DNA of 32,000 nucleotides, taken from Sinorhizobium meliloti. GTDB taxonomy: Bacteria > Pseudomonadota > Alphaproteobacteria > Rhizobiales > Rhizobiaceae. The notes below the pieces were generated by a model. That model was given only the letters and a program-made list of their open reading frames with translations, had not been told where the DNA came from and ran no database searches. This document shows positions 16,349 through 23,911 of this stretch, in pieces (within the stretch, counting starts at the first letter, position 1; each line of letters begins with the position of its first letter). The stretch is taken from NCBI RefSeq assembly GCF_017876815.1, contig NZ_JAGIOS010000002.1, positions 1,170,001 to 1,202,000 on the forward strand, read 5' to 3'. The translations under genes were made by a program, and so were the position numbers.

Positions 16349-16911
16349 TTCGCCACCTCGCGGTCAAATGCGCTGTGGATCGCCTCGCAGATGCCGACAT
16401 AAGCCCCGCAACGGCAGAGATTGCCGCTCATGCGTTCCTTGATCTCAGCGTCCGAGAACTCGATCCTGGCCGCGGCCATATCCCCGGTCACGGCGCTCGG
16501 CAAGCCGTTCTGAAACTCTTGGAACATTCCGATCGCCGAACAGATCTGCCCGGGCGTGCAATATCCGCATTGGAAACCGTCATGCTCTATGAATGCGACC
16601 TGAAGCCGGTGAAGCTCGCCGCTGGCAATGCCTTCGATCGTGGTGATCTCCCGGCCTTCGAGCTGAACCGCCAGCGACAGGCAGGACAGGACGCGCTGGC
16701 CGTCCACCAGAACCGTGCAGGCCCCGCAGGCGCCCTGGTTGCATCCCTTCTTGGGCCCGGTAAGGCTCAAATGTTCACGCAGAACGTCCAGCAGAGACGT
16801 GCGCGGGTCGATCGAAAGCGAATGGTCGACGCCGTTGATCTTCAGCAGGATCAGCGCTGAGCCGGCAGGCGGGATGGGTGCCGCCTTCGGCGTTCGGTCG
16901 GGAGATGGCAT
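16345..16911 (-). CDS. (2Fe-2S)-binding small subunit (PaoA-like), no Tat leader
   Basis: CNQGACGACTV, FQCGYCTPGQ and CRCGAY motifs. Start set at the ATG at 16911 (MPSPDRTPK...) with GAGAGGG upstream. The 42 extra track codons have no support. No RR twin-arginine motif precedes the ferredoxin domain. Confidence 0.9.
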   Translation of the reverse strand: MPSPDRTPKAAPIPPAGSALILLKINGVDHSLSIDPRTSLLDVLREHLSLTGPKKGCNQGACGACTVLVDGQRVLSCLSLAVQLEGREITTIEGIASGELHRLQVAFIEHDGFQCGYCTPGQICSAIGMFQEFQNGLPSAVTGDMAAARIEFSDAEIKERMSGNLCRCGAYVGICEAIHSAFDREVAK

Positions 16912-17077
16912 GGCGCACCCTCTCGATTTGCATCGGCCGCCGCATCTTGCGCCCGGAGCGGCGCAGGTCAGTCGCGCGCGGCGGCAGGGGTTGCCAGAAC
17001 CCGGCAATCGGATGAATGTTCCGAAGATTATTCGCATGCGGCACGACCGCGGCCGGGCAGGGACAGCGATTGGCGAG

Positions 17078-17572
17078 ATGATCTATTTCACGGGCGACAC
17101 GCATTTCGGCGACCCGCGTGTGCTTCGCATCGACCGCCGTCCATTTTCCAACATGGCCGAGCATGATGCCGCCCTGATCGCCAATTGGAACGAAACCGTC
17201 TCGCCGCAGGACGAGGTCTGGCACCTTGGCGACTTCGCGGCAAAGAGAAACGGGCTTGCCGAAGATATTCTGTCCCGGCTGAACGGCCGCAAGCATCTGA
17301 TCGTGGGCAACAACGATCCGAACGACACGACCGGGGCGGGCGGCTGGCACAGCGTGCAGCATTATGCGGAGCTGATGGTGGATGGGCGGCTGCTCGTCCT
17401 TTGCCATTATCCGTTCCGGACCTGGAACCAGATGGGGAAGAAGTCGATCAACCTGCACGGCCATTCCCACGGCAGGTTGAAGCCGATGCCACGGCAGTTC
17501 GATGTGGGGGTGGATGCGAGAGGCCTGCGTCCGGTCAGCCTGGTTGATATTCTCCCCCAATCCGCGCGGTAG
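17078..17572 (+). CDS. Metallophosphoesterase family protein
   Basis: MIYFTGDTHFGD (DxH), WHLGDF (GD), VGNND (GNHD-like), LCHYP and LHGHSHG motifs. The start is uncertain: in-frame ATGs also occur at 17035 and upstream, none with a strong RBS. Confidence 0.8.
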   Translation: MIYFTGDTHFGDPRVLRIDRRPFSNMAEHDAALIANWNETVSPQDEVWHLGDFAAKRNGLAEDILSRLNGRKHLIVGNNDPNDTTGAGGWHSVQHYAELMVDGRLLVLCHYPFRTWNQMGKKSINLHGHSHGRLKPMPRQFDVGVDARGLRPVSLVDILPQSAR

Positions 17573-17655
17573 AACATTTCTGCTTTACGCTGCGGGAACG
17601 TGCGGGCTCGATAGCTGTTCGATGTGAGGGCCTGCGTCGAATACGAGGTGCTTCA

Positions 17656-18245
17656 ATGCAAGGAGACCTATTCGGAACCCGCCCGGCAATCTGCCTGAGG
17701 GCTTCCGCTACCAAGCGGGTATCGTTCCGCGGAAGCTCCAGGAGGCACTTCTGGAGGCACTGCCGGAACTTCCCTTCAAGCCTTTCGACTTTCACGGCTA
17801 CGAGGGCAAGAGACGGGTGGTTTCATTCGGCTGGAAGTACGACTTCGACACCGAAACGGTCCGGAGGATCGATGCCATCCCCCCGCTGCTTCTGCCGCTC
17901 CGGCAACTGGCGGCCGACTTTGCCGGACTGCCGGCGGAGGGACTCCAGCAGGCACTGGTCACCGAATACGACGTCGGGGCCCCGATCGGTTGGCACAGGG
18001 ACAAGGCTGTGTTCGGCGATGTCGTCGGGATATCGCTGCTCACTTCCTGCACATTCAGGCTGCGCCGAAAGCGGGCCGGCAGATGGGAGCGGACCTCGGT
18101 CATTCTCGAGCCGGGCTCGGCATATCTCCTCTCCGGCGCCGCGAGATCCGAATGGGAGCATTCCATCCCGCCCGTAGAGCGCCTGCGCTATTCGGTCACC
18201 TTCCGGGAGCTGCGTTCAGGGATTGGCGCCGGCGGCCGTGCGTGA
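17656..18245 (+). pseudogene. AlkB-like 2OG-Fe(II) dioxygenase, apparently interrupted by a 1-nt frameshift near 17680-17690
   Basis: ATG at 17656 with GAGGTG upstream reads MQGDLFGTRP, then loses sense. The adjacent frame, open from 17628, reads GNLPEGFRYQAGIVPRKLQEALLEALPELPFKPFDFHGYEGKRRVVSFGWKYDF...IGWHRDK...WEHSIPP..RLRYSVTFR (HxD...H...R triad). That frame has no ATG/GTG/TTG before 17817. Confidence 0.55.
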
Positions 18246-18254
18246 ATCTGTCGA

Positions 18255-18518
18255 TCAGCCGGTCAACGTGCCCCAGGACGGATCCCATTCGACGTCCTCG
18301 ACGAGCTCGACATAGATCGGGATCGAGCCTTCGCTGTGGCTCGCCGCCAGTCTGAAGGCCGACTCAGCCTCCATTTCTTCTCCGGGAAAGATGACGTCAT
18401 CCTCGGAGGGGTCGGTGACCTTTCGCACATATCCCCGCACCGCATCGCCGGAGTGGTAGAGTTTCACGACCATGGCGCCCGGCACGGGCCTTACCGGAAG
18501 CCGCTGATAGACGGGCAT
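18255..18518 (-). CDS. Hypothetical small protein (87 aa)
   Basis: ATG at 18518 (MPVYQRLPVRP...) preceded by GGGAGG. It starts 26 nt after the stop of the 57-codon ORF. The 180-aa track ORF (18255..18797) is an unsupported upstream extension of this frame. Confidence 0.5.
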   Translation of the reverse strand: MPVYQRLPVRPVPGAMVVKLYHSGDAVRGYVRKVTDPSEDDVIFPGEEMEAESAFRLAASHSEGSIPIYVELVEDVEWDPSWGTLTG

Positions 18519-18544
18519 CGAGACCTCCCTGGGTCGCGGCAAAG

Positions 18545-18718
18545 CTAATTCCGGCCATCGTTGGGCCTGGCCTTGTCGCCTTTCTTTTTCACCGTCGTCG
18601 CTATCTTGGCATCCGGCTCCTGGCCGTAATAGGTGCCCCCCAGATGGCCGCCGCCGCTCGTGTTCTCGGCCTGTTTTCGTGCGTCCTTCTGGGCCTGCTC
18701 GACATTGGTCTTGGTCAT
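18545..18718 (-). CDS. Unlisted small hydrophilic protein (57 aa), general-stress-type
   Basis: Hand translation: MTKTNVEQAQKDARKQAENTSGGGHLGGTYYGQEPDAKIATTVKKKGDKARPNDGRN, stop TAG. AGAGGAG lies 8 nt upstream of the ATG. It is below the 60-aa cutoff of the ORF track. Confidence 0.5.
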   Translation of the reverse strand: MTKTNVEQAQKDARKQAENTSGGGHLGGTYYGQEPDAKIATTVKKKGDKARPNDGRN

Positions 18719-18749
18719 TTTCGGAACTCCTCTGATTGGCTGGCTGTGT

Positions 18750-18774
18750 AACCACAGGCGCGCGCATCTGTTCC
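18750..18774 (-). promoter_or_regulatory. EcfG/RpoE2-type general stress promoter-like motif GGAAC-N16-GGTT
   Basis: The minus strand reads GGAAC (18774-18770), 16 nt, then GGTT (18753-18750). The remembered consensus is GGAAC-N16/17-CGTT, so there is one mismatch. The -10 element is about 31 nt upstream of the small-ORF ATG. Confidence 0.35.
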
Positions 18775-18861
18775 GGGGTAGCGTTTACGTCGCGCAAACA
18801 TCAAAGCCGCTCGGAACACATCGGCAATTGCGGCGTTTCCCGCCATCGGCGGAGATTCCCG

Positions 18862-20250
18862 ATGCGAGCTTTGAGGGTGGCGATCGGCATCGCGGCAGTC
18901 ATCCTTGTGGCTGCCGCTGCTTTCTTTTTATTCGCGTGGCGTTCGGAGATCCCCGAAGACACCACGGCCGCAGAGGCGCGCTTTGCAGCGGAGTTGGTCG
19001 CCAAGGGGGCCCAACTGGCGGCGCTCGGCAATTGCATCGCCTGCCACACCGTGCCTGGGAGACCGGCATTTGCCGGCGGCCTTGCATTGCCCACCCCCTT
19101 CGGCACGATCTACTCCACCAACATCACCCCTGATCGCGAAACAGGCATCGGCGGCTGGAGCGAGGCGGCATTCGAGCGCGCCATGAGGGAAGGTGTCGAC
19201 CGGGAGGGAAGCCATCTCTATCCGGCGTTTCCCTATGAGCACTTCACGCGTGTATCGGCAGACGACAATCGCGCCCTCTACGCTTTCCTCATGACGCGTG
19301 TTGCGGTGAAAGCCGAGGCGCCGGAAAACGACCTTCCGTTTCCCCTGAAGTTCCGGCCTCTGCTTGCCGGCTGGAAGCTCCTTTTCCTCGACAGCGGCGA
19401 GCGGGAGCCGGATCCCGGCCAGAGCGATGCCTGGAACCGCGGGCGCTATCTTGCCGAGGGCCTCGGCCACTGTGGCGCGTGCCATACGCCCCGCAATCCA
19501 TTCGGCGCCGAAGACCGCGACCGGCACTTCGGCGGCGGCGAAGCGGAAGGCTGGCAGGCCTATGCGATCAACACGGAGTCGAAGGCGCCGATCCCCTGGG
19601 ACGAGCAGGATCTCGCCTTCTATCTTCGCAATGGCTGGCACGAATTCCACGGCGTTTCGCGCGGACCCATGGCCGAGGTGACCGGCAATCTCGCCTTCCT
19701 GCCGGACAGCGATATCGCGGCGATCGCCACCTATGTCAGATCGATCATGGGCGCCCCGACGCCGGAACGCGAGCAAAGGGCGGCGCAGTTGCGCGAGGCT
19801 TTTGAAGGGCAACGCCCGGAGCAGACGGCGGATAGCCAGCGTTCACCGGTCAGTGCGTCAGGCAGCCAGCCTGGCGAGGCGATCTATCTTGCCGCCTGCG
19901 CAAGCTGTCACGAGGGCGGGCGGCGCCAGCCCTTCGGGGGGCTGAATTTCGAACTCAGCACCGCCGTCAATGCGCCGGACCCGCAAAACATCGTCAACGT
20001 GGTGCTGTTCGGCCTTCCGCCGGCCGATGGAGAAGCGAGCGCAGTGATGCCGGCTTTCCGGCATCTGCTCAACGATCACCAGGTGGCCGATCTCCTTGCC
20101 TACATGCGCGAGCGGTTCTCTGAGGAGCCACCCTGGGCGGGGCTCGTCGAGCAGACGGCCAGAACCCGTTCCGGGACCTACAAGGTGGCAGTCCGGCCCT
20201 CTGACGGCATTGAAAGGGCGCCGCACCATGTCGGCGCCGAGGAGGATTGA
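18862..20250 (+). CDS. Membrane-anchored triheme cytochrome c subunit of a membrane-bound dehydrogenase
   Basis: Three CxxCH motifs (CIACH, CGACH, CASCH). N-terminal hydrophobic anchor or signal MRALRVAIGIAAVILVAAAAFFLFAW. ATG at 18862 with GGAGA upstream. Confidence 0.85.
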   Translation: MRALRVAIGIAAVILVAAAAFFLFAWRSEIPEDTTAAEARFAAELVAKGAQLAALGNCIACHTVPGRPAFAGGLALPTPFGTIYSTNITPDRETGIGGWSEAAFERAMREGVDREGSHLYPAFPYEHFTRVSADDNRALYAFLMTRVAVKAEAPENDLPFPLKFRPLLAGWKLLFLDSGEREPDPGQSDAWNRGRYLAEGLGHCGACHTPRNPFGAEDRDRHFGGGEAEGWQAYAINTESKAPIPWDEQDLAFYLRNGWHEFHGVSRGPMAEVTGNLAFLPDSDIAAIATYVRSIMGAPTPEREQRAAQLREAFEGQRPEQTADSQRSPVSASGSQPGEAIYLAACASCHEGGRRQPFGGLNFELSTAVNAPDPQNIVNVVLFGLPPADGEASAVMPAFRHLLNDHQVADLLAYMRERFSEEPPWAGLVEQTARTRSGTYKVAVRPSDGIERAPHHVGAEED

Positions 20251-20252
20251 AG

Positions 20253-20750
20253 ATGATATCGCTGACGGTCAACGGCAGCCCGCATCAGATCGACGCAGAC
20301 CCCACGACGCCGCTGCTTTACGTGCTGCGCGACGAGCTGGCGCTCAACGGGGCCAAATACGGCTGCGGACTTGGGCAGTGCGGCTCCTGCACCGTCGTCG
20401 TCGATGGCGAGGCGGTGCTTTCCTGCATGGTACCGATCATGCTGCTGGAAGGGCGGGAGGTCACCACCATCGAGGGCCTGGGAACGATCGACGAGCCGGG
20501 GCCGCTGCAGGAGGCGTTCATCGAGCTGCAGGCGGCGCAATGCGGCTATTGCATTCCGGGCATGATGATGAGCGCGCATGCGCTTTTGCGCCGTAACGCG
20601 CAGCCGAGCGAAGAGGAAATCCGCGAGGCGCTGGCGACCAATCTTTGTCGTTGCGGCACCCATATGCGGATTCTCGCGGCGATCCGGCGCGCCGGCGAAC
20701 TGATGCAGGCCGCCTCGTTGCCTGCCACTGACCAGGGGAGGGCCGGCTGA
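20253..20750 (+). CDS. (2Fe-2S)-binding subunit (IorA-like)
   Basis: MISLTVNG..., CGLGQCGSCTV, AQCGYCIPG and CRCGTH motifs. GGAGGA RBS at 20241-20246. The ATG at 20253 lies 2 nt after the cytochrome c stop. Confidence 0.9.
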   Translation: MISLTVNGSPHQIDADPTTPLLYVLRDELALNGAKYGCGLGQCGSCTVVVDGEAVLSCMVPIMLLEGREVTTIEGLGTIDEPGPLQEAFIELQAAQCGYCIPGMMMSAHALLRRNAQPSEEEIREALATNLCRCGTHMRILAAIRRAGELMQAASLPATDQGRAG

Positions 20751-22995
20751 TGGGCATTCTTCAGGAAGAAATCACCCGCCGCAGCGTCATCGCAGGTGCC
20801 GGCGGGCTTGTCGTCGGTTTCTCGCTCGGCCGCTCATTTGCCCAGGAGCTTCCGCCGGCAATGCCGCCGGCTCCGCCAGTGTCCCTGCCGGGCAGCCTTG
20901 ACGACGAGCGCTTCCTCGATTCATGGATCCGCATCGATCCCGACAATTCGGTCACGGTCTTCACCGGCAAGGCGGAACTCGGGCAGGGCATTCGAACGGC
21001 CCTGTTGCAGGTTGCCGCCGAGGAGCTCGAAGTCGACCCCGCGGAGATCCGGCTGATAACGGCCGACACCGGCCGAACCCCCAATGAAGGGTTCACGGCC
21101 GGCAGCCAGTCGATGCAAAACAGCGGTACCGCCATCAGGAACGCTGCAGCCCAGGTGCGGGCCCTGCTTCTCGCCGAAGCTGCCAGGCGCTTCGGCATGG
21201 CGGCGACGGAACTCAAGGCGGAAAACAAGGCGGTGCTGGCAAAAGACGGACGGCTGGCGACCTACGGCGAGCTCGTTTCCGGACAGATGCTGCACGTGGA
21301 AGCTCAACCGCAATCGGCCTTGAAGCCGCCTGGTACTTTCCGCGTGATCGGCAAAACACTGCCGCGCGTCGACATCCCGGGTAAGGTGACGGGCCAGCCG
21401 GCCTATGTTCATGATCTTCGCCTGAAAGGCATGCTGCATGCGCGCGTCGTACGCCCGCCGAGCTCCGCTGCCAGGCTTGCGGAGGTGGATGCGAGCGCCG
21501 CCGAGGCGCTGCCGGGCGTCGTCTCGGTCGTGCGCGACGGCAATTTCCTGGCGGTGGTGGCCTCGAAAGAGTTCCAGGCGGTGAACGCCATGCGGACGCT
21601 GGCGGCGGCCGCGCAGTGGCAGGAAAGCGAGACGCTCCCCGACCAGACCGACCTGCCGGCGGAACTGCAGAGGCTCGAGAGCGAGGTGGGGACGGTCGCC
21701 GAGGCCGGCATGCTTTCGTCTGATGGCAAGATATTCGAGGCGACGTTTAGATTAGCCGGCCCTATCAGATCCACGGCTCGATCGGTCCGTCCTGCGCCGT
21801 CGCGCAGATGAAGGCGGACGGGTCACTGGACGTGTGGTCGCACACGCAGGGTGTCTTTCCCGATCGGGCGGCGATCGCCGAGATGCTGGCCATGCCGGAG
21901 GACAAGGTTCACGTCATCCATATGGAAGGGTCGGGCTGTTACGGCCACAATGGAGCCGATGACGCGGCTGCGGATGCGGCCCTCATCGCCAGCAAGCTGC
22001 GGGGCAAGCCGATCCGGGTCCAGTGGATGCGGGAGCAGGAGCACAGCTGGGAGCCCTATGGTCCTGCAATGCTCATGAAGATCAGCGCCGCACTGGACGA
22101 TCAGGGCAGGATCGCCAGCTGGGCCTATGACCTCTGGAGCAATACCCACTCCACCCGCCCGGGCGGCGCCGGTGCGCTCCTCGCGGCGCGCCACAAGGCC
22201 GAAGCCTTTCAGCCGAAGCCTGCCAAGCTCAATATCAGCCCGTCGGGCAACGGCGACCGAAATGCCGATCCGCTCTATGTGATCCCGAACAAGCGCGTGC
22301 TCTGGCATTTCCTGGCCGACATGCCGCTTCGCGTATCGGCGCTTCGCGCGCTTGGGGCCTATGCCAATGTCTTCGCCATCGAAAGCACGATCGATGAGCT
22401 GGCGCTGATCGCCGAAGCAGATCCGGTCGAATTCCGGCTACGCCACATGGAGGACCCGCGAGCCCGTGCCGTGATCGAGCTGGCCGCGGAGCGGTTCGGC
22501 TGGGACAAGGCGCAGATGCCCCGCAACCGCGGACGCGGCTTCGGCTTCGCCCGCTACAAGAACCTTGCCGCCTATCTGGCGGTGGCGATGGAGGTGGATG
22601 TCGAGCCCGAAACGGGCCGTGTTCATGTGATCCGCGCCGTTTCCGCCATCGACAGCGGCGAGATCGTCAACCCGGACGGTATCCGCAATCAGACCGAAGG
22701 CGGAATTTTGCAGTCGATCAGCTGGACGCTCTATGAGGCCGTGGCCTTCGACCGGACCAGGATCACCAGCACCGATTGGTCGAGCTATCCGATCCTGCGC
22801 TTCGCAAGTGTCCCGGAAAGCGTGGAGGTCCATATCGTCGAGCGTCCCGGGGAACCTTTCCTCGGCACCGGGGAAGCGGCCCAGGGCCCGGCCGCCGCAG
22901 CCGTCGCCAACGCGATCAGGGATGCGACCGGCAAGCGCCTTTACGATCTGCCTTTTACCAGGGATCGGATACGAAGCGCCGTCGGGCGCGCGTGA
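20750..22995 (+). pseudogene. Molybdopterin-binding dehydrogenase large subunit (IorB-like) with Tat-type leader, split into two ORFs (20750..21811 and 21808..22995) by a frameshift at about 21749-21753
   Basis: The N-terminus MGILQEEITRRSVIAGAGGLVVGFSLGRSFAQ carries a T-R-R-x-V-I motif. ORF1 ends in 20 Arg/Pro/Ser-rich junk codons. The ORF2 frame is open from 21751 and reads SRPYQIHGSIGPSCAVAQMKADGSLDVWSHTQ, which aligns with YRTPHYNHNAIEPHAAIAAWDEDGRLTVFDSTQ of the in-window paralog (13072..15363). Confidence 0.7.
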
Positions 22996-23028
22996 AGCGG
23001 CAGGTCCTCACCACGGCGAGCAGGAAAG

Positions 23029-23256
23029 TCACGCCCGTTCGTCACGCAGGGCGTTGACGATCTCGAGCGTCACGGGCGGTGCGTCCGGACGAGGCGACAG
23101 GAGAGGAATTCCATTACGCTCGCCGCCGCTGCGCGGCCGGCGCAGAGAACGCCTCGCCAGTTCGGAAATTACCTCGCCGACGCTCCGCTGCTGTTGGGTC
23201 GCCATTGCCTTTGCGGCGATCAGGACATCGTCGTCAATAGCCAAGGTCGTTCTCAT
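23029..23256 (-). CDS. VapB-like (ribbon-helix-helix) type II antitoxin, no cognate toxin gene adjacent
   Basis: MRTTLAIDDDVLIAAKAMA...SVGEVISELARRSL...NGIPLLSPRPDAPPVTLEIVNALRDE is a typical antitoxin pattern. ATG at 23256 with GAGG upstream. The track start at 23277 is TTG. Confidence 0.7.
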   Translation of the reverse strand: MRTTLAIDDDVLIAAKAMATQQQRSVGEVISELARRSLRRPRSGGERNGIPLLSPRPDAPPVTLEIVNALRDERA

Positions 23257-23437
23257 GTTCGCCTCATCGCGCATCAATCATCACGCATCATTAAGCAAGA
23301 GGTCGGCATTCTCAAGGTGGAATAGTGAAGGATGATCCCGTCATTGACCCGCTCTTTGCCGGTCGAAATCACATTCTCCAATCGGTGGGAGAACCGCGGG
23401 GGGCTCCGATTCAAATCGGGTCAACCCGCCTTCGAGT

Positions 23438-23911
23438 TTACCATTCGAGTATCGGCCGCGTGATCATGAGCCAGAAGATCGCGAGGACGGCGCCGAAGGC
23501 CGGGAAGCCGAAGGCGAACCACAGGCGGAAGAGTTGATGATAACGCTTCGGCAGCGGCTCGCCGGCCTTGCTTGCCGTTTCGGCGAGCCGGCGCATTTCC
23601 ATCTGCATCCACACGACCGGCAGCCAGAATGCGCCTGTGACCACGTAGAGGAGAAGCGAAAGCAGGATCCATCCTTCCGCGAGTGAATAGCCGACGTTCC
23701 ATGCAAGGGCGATCCCCGTGACGGGCTGCAACACCACGGCGGTGGCGGTGAAAAGAAAATCGGCGATGACGACGATGCGGGCCACGGCCGCAACCGTTTC
23801 CGTGCGGCCGGTCCGATGCGCCAGGAGCATGAAGAATGCGATCCCGGCGCCCGTGCCGAGGAGGACGGAGGCGCCGATGATGTGCAGGAACTTCAGAACG
23901 AAGTACAGCAT
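23438..23911 (-). CDS. DUF2269 family integral membrane protein
   Basis: 157 aa with four predicted TM helices (MLYFVLKFLHIIGASVLLGTGAGIAFFML...). The ATG at 23911 overlaps the upstream stop by 1 nt (TGATG). The 29 upstream track codons are unsupported. Confidence 0.8.
   Translation of the reverse strand: MLYFVLKFLHIIGASVLLGTGAGIAFFMLLAHRTGRTETVAAVARIVVIADFLFTATAVVLQPVTGIALAWNVGYSLAEGWILLSLLLYVVTGAFWLPVVWMQMEMRRLAETASKAGEPLPKRYHQLFRLWFAFGFPAFGAVLAIFWLMITRPILEW

Noticed and set aside
18255-18797. 180-aa ORF treated as a single gene.
   Set aside because: Its first 93 codons are Arg/Gly/Gln-rich and overlap a better-supported 57-codon ORF in another frame. Only the last 87 codons have their own RBS.
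23325-23537. 70-aa plus-strand ORF between the antitoxin and DUF2269 genes, considered as a candidate missing toxin.
   Set aside because: It has a GTG start without an RBS, overlaps the 3' end of the DUF2269 gene on the opposite strand, and shows no PIN or other toxin motifs.
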